DNA from: Bigelowiella natans CCMP2755
Lineage: Eukaryota; Protista; Cercozoa
Reading direction: 5' to 3'
Length of the DNA stretch: 64,000 bases
NCBI GenBank assembly: GCA_000320545.1
Contig: ADNK01001130.1
Span: forward strand, 1 to 64,000
In this document: positions 47,932 through 62,758 of the stretch, in pieces
Position numbering within the stretch: the stretch's first letter is position 1
Layout: the number at the start of each line of letters is the position of its first letter
The notes under the pieces: model-generated
What the model saw: only the letters and a program-made list of their open reading frames with translations
Told to the model about the DNA's origin: nothing
Databases searched by the model: none
Translations under genes and position numbers: made by a program

Positions 47932-48272
47932 TCACTACACGTAGAAATGAAATCACGCATTTTACCAGCATGTGCTGCAGTGTTGTTCGATGGAAGGCGA
48001 ATTGAACTACAATGGCGTTGATGAGTGTGTCCATTAGTAGTTACATGCGAATGCATGACATCACAGCTTTATTTGGTTTACACACCTTCACAGCAGCGAT
48101 GTGTGGCACTTGAGAAACCTGCTTGCTGTGCGGCCTAGACGGCTGCACACGTACGTGTCCTTACAATCTACTGCCAGACAGCGCGCGTGCTGCGATGCAC
48201 GGGAATGCCCACAATTGAAACCACGTATTTACAAAATGCCATGGCTAGCATTGTAGACAACGTATAATTATA

Positions 48273-48305
<33 letters not shown>

Positions 48306-48637
48306 GTAATATTACAGTGTCTATTATTATCAAGTAAGGCCAGCGCTACAGAAATCGAACATGAACTCAGCGCATGTAGCTACGACTGTAGTCCTCGTTG
48401 CATTGGGCTTCGCATCATGATACGCGCGAGATAGCATATAAGCAGTTGCTAAACTGAGCGTTGCAAGTGGCATTTGCGATATAGTACCACCGTGGCTCAT
48501 CATCGAGTCCACCACTCGCAACCCTATCTACGCCGCAAAAAAAACACTGAGCCTACGTGCATCCACTCATGCAAAACTTTGCAGAACTCCACACAGCGTG
48601 CCGCGAATCGCACCAGCACAGGTAGCTAGCTAAACAG

Positions 48638-48686
<49 letters not shown>

Positions 48687-48792
48687 GTTAAATGCTACTC
48701 CTTATACAAAGAGAAACATAAATGAGAATGAACGATTATTTATACATACATGGCCGCGTGCTTCAAGGCGCTAAATCTAATCATTGCACGCT

Positions 48793-49470
48793 TCAATCTT
48801 CTTTCGTCGGTTTGACTTGCTGAGTTACTGCCTGGAACGGAGGTCCAGGTAACGTTCTAGCAAGAAGTAACACTAGAGAAAGAATGTATGGAAATTCAGG
48901 GCCCCAATAAGCTAGCAAATTTTCTGGAGGTGTATCACTAGTGAATTCCATCAAGTGATAAAAACCAAGAGCATACCTGGAGGAACGAGAATAAGCCTTA
49001 ATCATCAGTGTGAGAGATGTTATACTTACGCTTTAGCGCCAACGAGAAGGATTGCAATCATACGAATCCAATTCCACTTGAAGGTAAAAGCTAGAAGAAC
49101 AAGTGCGTACAATGTTCCCAGGCCGTATGCGCTGCGAAGTATTTCAACGTTTCAAGGTGAATGAAGGAAAATTGTTCTTATTGTAAACTAATCGGTGAAA
49201 AACCTTATACAAGTTGCCATCACCATGTAGTCCGGGCGCTGATATATACATGGAGTGTGTCAGAATCGAAACATCATAATTGCGATAGATTCATACACTT
49301 GCAAAGAGACGGTTGTTCTCGATAGCATATTCGTAGGTGGTTTTCAGGATTCCTGTTGAATCTGCAGAGAGAGGTTGGTGGCAGTAATGCCTCTCAATAG
49401 CAATGCAACTCCAGAGGAAGTATGATTGCAGCACGATGATCAGAACGTCGATGCAGTTGCGGCACCCCAT
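48793..49470 (-). CDS. EXPERA-domain membrane protein (EBP/TMEM97/TM6SF superfamily-like)
   Basis: Spliced MGCRNCIDVLIIVLQSYFLWSCIAIE..YEYAIENNRLFA.RPDYMVMATCI|AYGLGTLY..WNWIRMIAILL..|YALGFYHLMEF..YWGPEFPY; four TM segments with an EXPERA-like pattern. Confidence 0.62.
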
Positions 49471-49756
49471 TGTGAGCAGTGATTTTCTCCTTGTCGGTGG
49501 AGAGAGACTTTTTGTCGCAAAAGCTTAAACGCCATTGATTTATGATTTTGCGACAACCTAGTATGATTATCGTTGTCACAAGCTACATCGCCTGATCGTA
49601 GTATTAGGTTGCAACTCGCGAGAATCAGGAAATGGCCGAAATCGTAGGAAATAAGGCCATTTTCTAAAGGCGACATACAAACGTGTAATTTTATTTTATT
49701 TTACTTTCAGGGTTAGGGCTTGAGGACTCAGAAAGCGTTCGTCCTCCCGTTGCACG

Positions 49757-51369
49757 ATGGGATTTTGTCAGCAATGCAATGGATTGATGGTGCTGCCTCT
49801 TTTCCGTGTTGTCTAAGTATCTCAGCCTTCTGAATATTGTTCTGGCACATAAAACTATATGCTTTTGTAGCTCAAGAACTTTCGGCTGAAGCGCCGGAAG
49901 CCAGTGACGTGTTGCATGGAGATATTATTGCCAGGTTGGATGATCTCGAATAGTGTGTTCCCTTTTACATCTTTGTAACCACCTGTATATGTGATGACCT
50001 GGTATACTACTTCCCTTGCAAATTAGTGATGGCAATTTTGGTGATGACGGCAATCCGCTCTGCCATAGAAGTGGAGTCGAACGATCCTGATCTCAACCTC
50101 GATGACTCGTACTAATGCTAATTATTCATTGAGGAGACACAACAGCCACGTTATATATACTCTGTGTTGTTGTCGCAGCGATAGTTTTATTTTATTGATG
50201 TATTTCAGTAAAGATGTATGCAACCTACGCAGGTATTTTACGCCGCCCAGTGAAGGCCAACCTCAGCCATTTTCGTCAGTTGTCCTTCCTTCTTGAACAA
50301 TCTGATTTATTGTAGAGGGTGCTTAACTTCGAATTTGTTCTCACAGATACAGCGCTGACACGGATCCGTTAGATGTCACGGTATCTCGAGAGATTCCATC
50401 GTGCAAGAAGAGCTAACAACATGAATTGCAATGCTCAACACAGACGAGATTTTAACTAGTACTGATTTTATTTCATTAGAGCGTACGATCCATGAAAGAG
50501 CTGGCGTTCAAGGTTTGCTATTGTCTTTTCCAAAAACAACAATTTGAAGAAATGAAGTAAGGTTATTTGTTCTGTCGGCAGCTGGTAAAGCGTGGGCATA
50601 TCCTGGCCATTTCACCTAATGTCGCACCATTTTGTGATGATTCTTCGGATTCTTTTTCTACAAGGTGGCCACAGAAAACTACTGTCATTCGAAGTATCGT
50701 GGTGTGACGAGCATTGCCTTAACGATATAAATGTTGTTCTTTCAATCGGCCACAGAATCGCGCATATCATTAACCAAACGAAGGAAGAGTTCAACTTACA
50801 AGATATGCATCCAGAGGTTTGTATAATGACAATGTCGTCGTCACTTGATGCTGAAGCGTTATTCAAATAGTTTCCTCCACGTGTGTCATCTAACAATTTT
50901 TTTTATGGCGCCATTTACTTTTGTTAGCCCTACCCTAACAGCTGCTCGGGATCATGGTAAAAGATTGTTGCTCTTAATGTTTCAGTGGAAACAAACACTA
51001 GTTGACGTTTACTTGTTGATCTTTCATTGAACATTTCGTCAGAAACTCGTCCTTCATACTTAATGCTCATCAATTTGAATAGGTATTTGAGAGGTTTCGG
51101 GTCAAGCGGAGACATGAATAACTACGTTAAATCAAAGCACTATCCAGATGATGGTCAGAATGCTGCTAATCTAATTCGCCGCATGCTGCAAGAATAATGC
51201 AAGAATAATGCAAGAATAATAAGAATAAGAGTGAGGAAAAAACAACCCCCCCCCCAAAAAAAATGAAGTAATTAGGGATATAGCAGTATTGTCCGAGAAC
51301 TTACTAATGTGGGTGGGCAGCAACGTTTCGCGCTTTCACGCATTAGGAGCTGAAGCATCTTATATTGCC

Positions 51370-51444
<75 letters not shown>

Positions 51445-51507
51445 CTAAACCAAACGGAGTACTCGCAGTGAAGCACATTTGAAATCTTTCGCGCACGCGC
51501 GCGCGCG

Positions 51508-51561
<54 letters not shown>

Positions 51562-52357
51562 GAAAGAGAGAGAGAAATACACACAGAGTCTCGTTTGTTC
51601 ATGACAATCAATATGATGTAGGTTACCTTGAGGGTGGAGTGGCATTCAACTCATTTAGTGAAGACTCCGGACTATCGTAATAATGCAGAATGAAGAAGAC
51701 TCATTACACTTTTCTCTCCAATGATCATCAGCGTTACATCCGAACCCCCCCTTTCCTTCCCCATATAGGTACAATATCCGTTTCAACGAAAGTGATCAGA
51801 GTAGTGACTACGACCAGCAGGTGCGTAGTAGAGACCTCTTCCTAGATACTCACAGTTGCAATGTTTAGAGAGTATTGATTACCGGTCTTGAGTAACAGCA
51901 AACTCTTGTGAGCCAAACGAGTAGAGCATGATTACGCGAATTGTGACTATGATGATGGCAATGCTGATGATGAATGATACTGAATAGCTTCCGTTGTTGC
52001 CTCGTTCGTTTACGGGAGAACAGTTGTTTATTCATGTACTTAACACTTTGTAGGAGTTTCTCTGATTGTTGTGCTGCCGCTGTTAGGTTCCAAGCAGCTT
52101 GTTGCCCCAGACGAACCAGTAATAATGGCTGACGATTTCTTTCGAATAGCACCCCTGTCTATGTCTTTTTCAGTATCACTCCAAATGCAGTTACCACCAT
52201 CATCACGACAATGATCTTCATCATCATCATCATCATCGTCATCAGGCTGGGCATCGGCACAAACTTTGATTATATTACTACCTTCCTCTTTTACGGGTCG
52301 GTACCCTGTTGTCTTCTCCTTGTTGTTTCTAATATATGTATATATGTGTACATGTAC

Positions 52358-52393
<36 letters not shown>

Positions 52394-52791
52394 CGTCACT
52401 TCGTATCTTGTAAAATGTGATAAGTACTTTTTGGTTTTGTTATCCCCTGGTTTTAAGATTCTTACCGCTCCAAAACTTTATTGACTCCTGGGCAATTGGT
52501 GAGGAGGAGGAGGAGGAGGAGGAGGAGGAGGAGGAGGCATATTAGACTGTTGCTTTCAACATCAACTCACATCAAGACACATCAGCGCGCGCGCGCGCAC
52601 ACACACACATACAGATGCACATACAGATGCACATACAAATGCACACACATATAATACATGTTTCCAAAATATTGAATATTGACACATCTCCTTTCTAATA
52701 CATTCGTCGATGATATGTTCTCTATGATCGTTTGCTGATTTGCCGCTGTGCTATGTGAAGGGCAAATTAGCGGCAACGACTACAAGGTAAC

Positions 52792-52826
<35 letters not shown>

Positions 52827-54058
52827 TAATAATACACTGATAGTAATTCATCATGACACACACAAATAAGACGACACGTTGCAGCATATTTGAGTCGGAA
52901 AAGAAGATTTTTTGCCCTTAGGGTGTCGAGGAGGAGTTTTGTACAGAAAGTAGTCTTGGAAGTGTTCTAATGTATGATCTTGTTGCTGTTTCAGGCTCAA
53001 TCTACAAACGGTTTCACGGTACTGAACCCCATTTCCCCCTCTACTACTTACTACGACGACAAATACTACTAGCTACAGCTTCGATTTGTACGAATGGGGG
53101 ATGGAAGGAAGAGAAGGAGGGGGGGGAATATCACAATATGGTTTTTCTACCTCTCTTTCATTGCTTATAATGATGATTTGTGGTGATTTGTTGGATATGT
53201 TTCTCTCAACTGAGTCGTAAATTGGCTGCTGCTGCTGCTGCTGCTGCTATATTATGTTTATGATGAGTAGACCCAGCTCTTTCCCACCCCCGAATACCGC
53301 ACGGACCTCTTTTCGGCGATTGCTGGTACTGTGTATCATCATGGGGTTGGCTGCTACGGAGACGAACATTATTTTGAACACTGAGAGGCTCTGTTTACAA
53401 TGGAGGGAATCAATAAAAACTTTGCTTTGGTGCTGCTCGTTATCATTCCGACGGCCACGCTTCTTATCTACTTTATGCCTCCCCCCCCCCTTCTTCACGT
53501 ATGCTGCGGTGTTTCCCATCAGGATCATTCATGCCTCTATTCTTCAATCTGGCATTTCTGTAATAAATGTCGTTTTCGTCATCTGCTTACGCCGATAATG
53601 CAGCTTCCCATGTCGTGCCGTCCGTGTTGCCTTTGTGATTTTTCAAAGACACGTACGTAAGATAGCGTGTGTTTGCTCGAATGCAGCATTTACAGGGCTG
53701 AAGGCCCTTAGTTACTGGCCGCTATGCGTGCATCAGCCGAAGAAATGATGTTTCTTTCCGTAGTTTATTCGCCGTTACATTGATTGATAATGGGCTGTTA
53801 GATGATGATGATGGTGATGGTGGTGGTGGTGGTGTGTCTAGATACCCATTCTTCCAGCTCTCAAAGCAGCTTCTCCTCGAGAAAGAGCTGCGGATAAAGG
53901 TGGCTGCTACTCACACACGTTGACCGACCGATTTGAGACACAATGGAAGACATATGTGTGTGTGTGTGTGTGTGTACATGGACGGCACCTATCATCACCT
54001 TGTCGTTTTATTTTTTCCTTTATTCATCGATGATGTGCGTTCAAATATACATATATTT

Positions 54059-54100
<42 letters not shown>

Positions 54101-55004
54101 GTATGTGTGTGTATGTGTGTGTGTGTGTTTGTGTCCTTCTCTTTCCAATAATAGGAAGGATTGAAGATGATGGGAGCGTCCACAGCTTCACACTTCATGT
54201 CTTGGTATAGTGGTGTTGGCATTAGCTTCATAGTAAAAGTAGCAGCAGCAGCAGCAGTAGTAGTAGGAGTAGTAGCATCGACCAAAGACACAGCTTCCTT
54301 CCTTCGTTCTTCTCTGCCCTCCTGGTGTTCATTAGCAGCCTCCTAATGTTCGGCTGCTGTTGGTGATTTGATGATTTGATGATTCTGAAGAAATGACGGT
54401 CGTTGTTGTGACCTTGGCATCATTTGTCTGTTGGAAAAGGTTTACGACGTATTTCCTCTTGTACACGATGCTGTCTGTCATCCTGACGATGCTTTCATTC
54501 GCTGGAGGTCGGTAGATCGTCGTGTTTTTCTTTTGTCACTGGGCAGAATAAAAGCAACCAAACAGACATTGCTCATCATCCACTTGTGGCGCGCTATTCA
54601 CGTGTTACATATTGCCGTTCTGACAAAGAGTTTTTGTGGTTGTTTGTTGCTGCTGTTCCCTATGTGTTGTATCTTTGTTCCAAAGGCATTTTCAAATACT
54701 CCGACGGTTTTATCATCTTTCTCGTGTATTGGTAACAAACATTGCAGCAGCAGCAGCAGCAAGCTAGTGGTAGAGAGAAGTGCTAGTGAGCAATCACAAA
54801 GATACAACGCCTCTCCCATATTATATCGAAGGTTCTTCCTCCTGTGCGTATTTGCGATGAATTGGTTGCTAGTGACCTTCTTCTCCAAGGTGAGTAGCGG
54901 GCTGCTTGATCTGGCGTGTGGAGGTTTTGAAAGGAGGAGGAGGAGGAGGAGGAGGAGGAGGAGGAAGAAGGAGCGCAAATATGTTTGGAACTTCTGTGTG
55001 TGTT

Positions 55005-55039
<35 letters not shown>

Positions 55040-56863
55040 ATGTGTATGCGTTGTGTGTTTTGCTGCGAAACATAATGATGCTTATCGTTACCCAGGCTAC
55101 AAGCGGGGGTTTATATTGTGCCGTCATATTCCTGGCCTCCTTCCTAGGTAGTAGTAGTAGTAGAAGAAGAAGAATAAGAAGAAATCCTACAATCTTCATC
55201 ATCATCATCATCATCACTACAATGATTCTCGTAGTCCATCATAATCATCTTATCTTCGCTGTTAAGAAATCTCTCCCTGCACACCTCCTCCTCCTCTCCC
55301 TCTCCCTCTCCCTCCCCCCTTCCCTCTTCCTCCGCTGTCGTGCATCAAAAGGCATATTTGGCTTCAACCAAGAGACCACGGCAACTTCAAAGGGTTTTGC
55401 CTGTTTGTCCGCCCCCATGTGCTTCGGCCTAGGTTCTATTCCTAATTTATCAAAAGAGGCCAATAAACAAGCAGGATAGACTACCATGAGAATGATGACA
55501 GGCTTTGATCTAACCACGCCTCCTTGCATTGAATAGGCATACAGCAAATCTTCGTGTTCGAATCAGCTCAGCAAGGGGTGAGAAGCATTGCTATTATCGT
55601 TGCTGCCAATAGCTGCCAAAGGATGCGTGAGCATCATCATCAACAACAACATTCTAGAAAGAAGTGAAATCCTATCAGCGGTGCAAGAGCCAAATCCCCA
55701 CCAACGATATATGAAGGAAGCCATCAAAGACAGCATAATCGCAGTAGTTGTTGATTGACCCCGTTATTCCCTGTCATCGTCGTTTTGCTGCGTAGTCATC
55801 GTCGTTGATGGTGATATGATAGTATTATTATTCTTTACCAAGGTCAACCCCAGCAACCTGAGCGTCGTGCAAAATAATTTCTCAATGTCTACTTGCATTG
55901 GGTAGATGTGCTTAGTAGTGCTATTTATTAGAGAAGACTCGGGATTTAAGTTGTCAGCAGCAGCAGTAAATAGAGGAGGGGGGGGGGGGATGCTGCTTCT
56001 AGAAAGTCGTTTCTGGGAGGAAGAATGAGTGTGTTTCTCAAATTAGCTTGAAGTGTTGTGGAATATTCAAATCAAATCTAAAATGTGACAAATAAAGTGA
56101 AAACATCAAAAAAGGACATTATTTATGTATATTATGGTCTTCTCTTCGTCTCCTTAACCTGCCTCCTCCTTCTCCTCCTCCTCTCATCCCCCCCCCCACA
56201 TGCAGATTGTTGGTATTCGATTTCTTCTTGTACTTGGCTCTTGCGGTGTATCTTGAGCGAGTCATCCCTTCGGAATGGGGGGTACACAGCTTCCAATAAC
56301 ATCAGTATTGCGGCTGCATCCATGATACCGCAGATTTTCTTTATCTTTTCTCTTTCTCAATCTTTCCTCGCGGTCGCTAGCTGATAATATATAAGTTTGC
56401 GTCGCCACCATATTTACAATTATACTACTACTGCTACTAACAATGACATCACGGTTGATCTTATCATCATCTTTCATCGTCGCTGCTTTTGTCATCATTA
56501 ATACTGGCACATTATTATTGTTATTATCAGGTGGCGGAGCCCTTCTACTTCTGCTTTCTTCCTAGTTTCTGGGGGTCGGTTGCACTCCTACGCATCGAGA
56601 AGAAGCATATAACATTGCCATCGCTGCTACTATCACACAAGATGCAGCTGCTGCCCCGTTTTTATTGAACTTACACGTGCTAATTAACACCTAGAAACCT
56701 TTTAGAAACCCTTTCATTGACAAAAGATCTCCCCCCCTCCTCCCCTCAATATTTTTCTCTCCAGGTGTGATGGCAAGAAGGGCAACAACGAAGGAGAAGA
56801 TCCCAGAAATTTCGATCATAGGTGCTGTGAAGTAGAGAACGAATTGGAGGGGGGGGGGGGGCC

Positions 56864-56935
<72 letters not shown>

Positions 56936-58463
56936 ACCTGCTGCTGCTGCTTTCTAATTCCACCACTTTGCCGTATTAGCATTGTTCTCTACTTCTTGTT
57001 CTTATGTGCATACATGAATATCTATTCAATCATACACCATTCCTCCTAGTGATGATTGTCTTGCTTACCCATCATCATCATCATCATCATCATCATCATT
57101 ATCATCATCATCATCATCCTGCAATCCCCCCCCCCCACCACCGTCACTTGACAGATACGAACAGAATGCGAACGAGGATGCGAAGGTCGGCATTGCTATC
57201 CGCAACCTGGAGAAGCGATTTGGAAACCAAACGGCAGAGGAAGCAGCGGTGATGATGATGATGATGATCATGATGATGATGATGATGTAGAATCGAGAAA
57301 GAACCTCTTGAAAATCTGCTGCTGATGACCAGCATGTGATATAATAATAATCATCATCATCATAATCGCGATTGAATGCATGGACGCGTGCACACCACCA
57401 CCACCTAACATTGCCATCACTTCAACCACCATTATCATTATTCCTTCCTCCTCTCTACTATTGTTGTTGTTGTTGTTGTTCATAGGTGAAAAGCATCAAC
57501 CTAGACATGTACATCGGGCAAATCTTCTCGCTCCTAGGGCACAACGGCGCGGGGAAGACGACAACAATCAACATGCTCACAGGTGTTTCTTCTTCTTATT
57601 TCTCAGTAGTAGTAGCAGCGGTAGGGTGAATAGGGTGGTTGGGTGGTGGTACTAGCGATGGGGTATGGAATTTGAAAATCAGACCGGTAGCTCATACAGC
57701 AGCCGCAGCCCATTGTATGAACATCACCTTCTGACTCGTTCTTTGTGCGAACAACGAAGGAATGCTTCCTCCGACGGGAGGGGACGCCATTATCTTTGGC
57801 AACAACATCATCGATCAAATGAAGGTACCAGTGGTAGCATTTGTAGTTGTAGTAGCAGCAGCGCTAGTGGTAGTAGTAATAGTAGTAGTAGTAGTAGTGG
57901 TAGTAGCAGTGATGATGGGCAGGAGAAGGAGGAGGTAATGGGGTTGAAGGGAAATATAAGTATGCAAGGAGGAAGAAGAAGGAGGAGGAAGAAGAAGGAA
58001 AAGTAGAAGAAGATACTGGGAGCGTCTCGTTGATAGCAATGGGGTTGAGAAGGACGTGTTTCTTCTTAGTTGGCTTGATTGAGTTGTTGCTATTCCTTGA
58101 TTGGTGACTGACAGACTATCAGAAAAGACTTGGGAGTGTGCCCCCAACATGACATCCTATTCGAGAACTACACCGTCCGCGAGCACTTGTACTTATTTTC
58201 AAAGATCAAAGGTACTTTCAAGCGTAAAGATAACAGACAATCAGCCCCCATCCATATTGTTCTTATATGCATCTGCATACGGTTCTTCTTCTTCTTCTTC
58301 TTCTTCTTCTTCTTCTTCTTCTTCTTCTCTTTCTTCTCTCGTGTGTCAAAAAATTCTTCGGTATCTTGACCGACAACAAATGTACCCAGGAATTCCATCC
58401 GGAGAGATCGAAAATGCTGTCCGATCGACTATCCGAGAGGTAGTAGTACTTCGCATGTTCGCA

Positions 58464-58494
<31 letters not shown>

Positions 58495-58713
58495 ATTGCG
58501 CCACTGCCAGTCAACCAACGCCGTTGCAACGATGGAACTAATCGTAATCAAAATTTAAAAAAAGCCTTGATGTTTGGCAATGATGGCGGTTGTGGTTATT
58601 GCAGTGATGGTCACCTCGCAAGTGTGATGATGAGCTATTAATAGAATGAAATGCCGATGATACACCACACGGCACTGTTTGATTCCTAACACTGAGCATA
58701 TTATCATTGATTG

Positions 58714-58748
<35 letters not shown>

Positions 58749-59079
58749 GTCGGGCTCACAGAGAAAATAAACACGTACTCCCAGTCGCTGTCGGGTGGGA
58801 TGAAGCGGAAACTGAGCGTGGGAATGGCTTTGATCGGTACTGCTTAAGCGAGCATAGGCTCACGAGTTCATCGATAAGTGCAGGACTTTACTTTGAGCTG
58901 TAGTAGTAGTATTATTTCTGCTTATTTGCTGCTACCTCCATCCATCCATCCACCACAACAATCGCTCAGGTGGCTCTCGTGCGGTGATCTTGGACGAACC
59001 GACGTCTGGAATGGACCCCTACTCAAGGCGAAGTAATCAGAAGAAGAAGAAAGAAGAAGAAGAAAGAAGAAGAAGAAGA

Positions 59080-59123
<44 letters not shown>

Positions 59124-60520
59124 GGAGTAGCGATTCAGTCAGTGTTGTTCGTATTATCAACATTTTATGCCTCTTCCATTAGGCACGTGGGAGATGCTCA
59201 AACAGGCAAAACAGGGTTCTACTACTACTACTACTACTACTACTACTTGAATTCGCTATATGTAAACAATGCAATCAAATATGCTATTATTCTGGAAGAA
59301 GAAGATGAAGAAGAAGAAGGAAAAGAAGAAGGGAACTAGACAGACTACTACTGTCGTGTACACAAAAGCATATTTTGACGTTGTATGGAGAAAGACAGGA
59401 TACGTGCTTTCCCATTTTTGCCCCTCTCCACCATCACCCCCACCCCCTCAATCTTTCTCTCCCTCTCCCTCTCATTAAACCTCACCATCAATTACTTGAT
59501 AGGCCGGGTGCTGATTCTTACAACGCATTTCATGGACGAAGCTGACCAGCTTGGTGACCGAATTGCCATCATGCATCTTGGCAGAATCAAATGCTGCGGG
59601 TAATTGAATATTATCACCACCTTCCACCATCACTACCTGCGTTACGATTCTAATTGATGTTCTCACCAGCATTACGCATAGAGTCATCATCGTCAATCTA
59701 ATCCACAGGGCACCTCGCCCATCATCCCCATTCAATATTTCATCATCGTCATCATCATCATCATCATCATCACTGCGTGTACTGATAATGACATACTGAT
59801 ATTCCTAATAGTTCAAGTTTGTTCCTGAAGAAGAAATACGGCGTCGGCTACATCCTCACCGTGGACAAGAAGGTTATTACTACTCAACTACACACTGTCG
59901 TTGTCATCGTCGTCGTCGTCATCGCCTTCTCCCGTTTACATTATGCCTCACAATCGGCCATCTCCATCATTTCCAGGAGGGGGCACTAACAAACGCTATT
60001 CAGCAACTTGTGCAGAACTCCGTTAAGTAAGTGAGAGCTAGGAAGAAGCACCCTCTTTGATAATGATGATGGAGATGAAGAAGACGACGACGACGTGATG
60101 ATAAAACACGTGATGATGATGATGATGAGGATGCACTGAAATACACGAAAGTACTCGTCGTCGATATCATCATCATTGTCTCATCACTTCCTTGCTGATG
60201 ACCGGCAACCACAAAGGGAATGCGAGATTCTATCGAATGTCGCCGGCGAGATCTCTTTTCAGCTGCCCTTCAGCTCATCCCACAGGTTTCCCTGACATGT
60301 TTGATGCAATCGACAAGAACAAGGTACCAGCGTGGTAGTAAGTAGTAGTAGTAGTAGTAGTAGCAGTAGCAGTAGTAATAGTAGAAGAGACGAATTGCAC
60401 CCAATCCTTTGGGAAGGGGGGGGGGTTGCAATACGTTATCAAGTTACTGAGCAAATTGTAGCTATGCTGCCGATGTGCAATGGCGATGTGACGATGGGAA
60501 ACATGGAAAGACGATGCCTA

Positions 60521-60555
<35 letters not shown>

Positions 60556-61079
60556 TGTTCTCGAGAAATCATATCTTGTCAATCCTCCTCCCCCGATCGG
60601 CATAACAGGAGTCCTGGGGCGTTAACAGCTACTCGGTGTCAGTAACGACGTTAGAAGAGGTGGATAGAGATAGCGTCCTAGCAGCATGTTATGGTATTAC
60701 CCCCTGAGACGTGACTGTGTGTCATTATTATGTTGTTGTACAGGTATTCCTCAAGGTGGGTAACCAGGATGACGAAAAACTAGATCCAGAGGTAACACAA
60801 AGGCACACCACGCTATAGCATTTCTGATTGATATCACCAGCTCATCGGCCTGAACTTTCATCAATAAACAAAAAAAGCTTAAGCGTCGTTATTCGAGCCT
60901 GATGAGCGGAGAGGACGTTCCTGATGATGATGATGAAAAGAGGTACGGAAAACATCAGTCGTCTATCATAGTAGAATAGTTGTAGTAGTGTTGTAGAAGT
61001 AATGGTCGCAGGTCTTTGTCGCGATTGATTTTCAGTATTGTGCACGCATTAAAGAAAGTATTGTAATCATAATTGCCAA

Positions 61080-61110
<31 letters not shown>

Positions 61111-61688
61111 TTCCCCCACCCTCGTCGTTGTTGTCGTTTTTTGTCTCTCCCCCTCTTGGTCGTCGCCAATCTCGTCAATATTCGAAGTGGCGCTGCTGCT
61201 CCCCCTCCCCCCATCGAGCCACACCCCGACGACGTGAAGAAGGAAAAATTAAAATCGATGAAAAAGCCATTGCTCAACGACGAAAGTCTGAACACCTCCG
61301 GAACAAGTGTCAACTTCCAGAAGTTGGAGGGATTCGAACGGTTTAAAGTCAGTAAAAGTACATAGTATTGCTTACATTCCTCCCCCCCCCTTCTAGGTGG
61401 TTATCTGCTTCATCATCACTATCATTATTATAATCAATCATATTAGGTTCACTTTGTCGCTCTTATGATCAAGCGCTGGAACTTCACCAAAAGAGACTTC
61501 TGGATATGGGTTGTAGTTATGTAGAGAAAAGAACCACCCCCCCGTCATGAATAGATGAGTATCATCTGCACATATGTGAGCGTCTGCCCCCTCTTTATTT
61601 TAAGCACGTCAATTTTTTTAATTTTGTATAGATATGGCAAATCGCAATCCCGGCAATTCTCCTACTCGGTACATTGACATTCACATAG

Positions 61689-61727
<39 letters not shown>

Positions 61728-62719
61728 CATCATCATCATCATCATCATCATCGCTGTGGCCTATGACCTGTGTTATTATCTTGACGAGTCTCCTCTTTGT
61801 TCTCCCTCTACCCTTCCCCTCTATCACGATTGAATAGGCATGATTGGTCTGATTGTCGGTGCCGCAGACTTGCAAGTCAAGGACATCAATATAGGTAGTA
61901 GGTGCTGGTTGCGAGTAGCAAGCTGAGAGACAAAGCATGCAGCACAAACACACATGCACACACGCACCTATCTACCAGCCGTGTACATAAATGATGACAA
62001 TTAATAAAACAGGTGTGGGAGAGTACAACACGCCAAACTACGTGCCGGTAGTAGTAGTAGTAGTAGTAGTAGTAATAGTAAGGGGTAAGATGACCGCAGA
62101 AATAGCATCATGAGGCCGCTGCTGCTGCTGCCATTAGATAGATGATAACAATGTAAAAGACGATGTAGATCACATACGACGTAAGTCAGTACCATGACCT
62201 AGTACATCATGTGAAATCGTCTTCTCGTAACCCTCCCCCCCCCCCTCCTCCTCCTCCTTCTGCTTCCAAATCATCGTCATCGTCATCGTCATCATCATCA
62301 TCATCATCGTGATAATCACAGGCTGGCCCTACGGACTACTCCGTAGACCCCCTCTCGCTTATCGATAACTCTCAAAACTCAGTTCTTATCAACGCAACCA
62401 CGCCAGTGGGTGGCGACGATCTGGTAATCAACGCTCTAGCTCTTTGTCGTGTGCCGTCGTTGTCGTTTTCGGGCTCAGTATGCTGTTCTCCGCATTGTTG
62501 TTATTATTATTGTTGTTATTATCATTATAAATTATGATAATATATAAGGTTCTGACCGAAGGTTGTTCGTATACTAACATGACCCCAACATCGTCAACTG
62601 ACATGGTAGTAAAAGCAGTAGTAGTAGTAGAAGAAGAAGAAGAAGAAGAAGAAGCGGTAGTGAAGTATGGCTCTAAGTTATCATCATATGATGGTGAAGC
62701 GAATGACGCAAGGAGCAGG

Positions 62720-62758
<39 letters not shown>

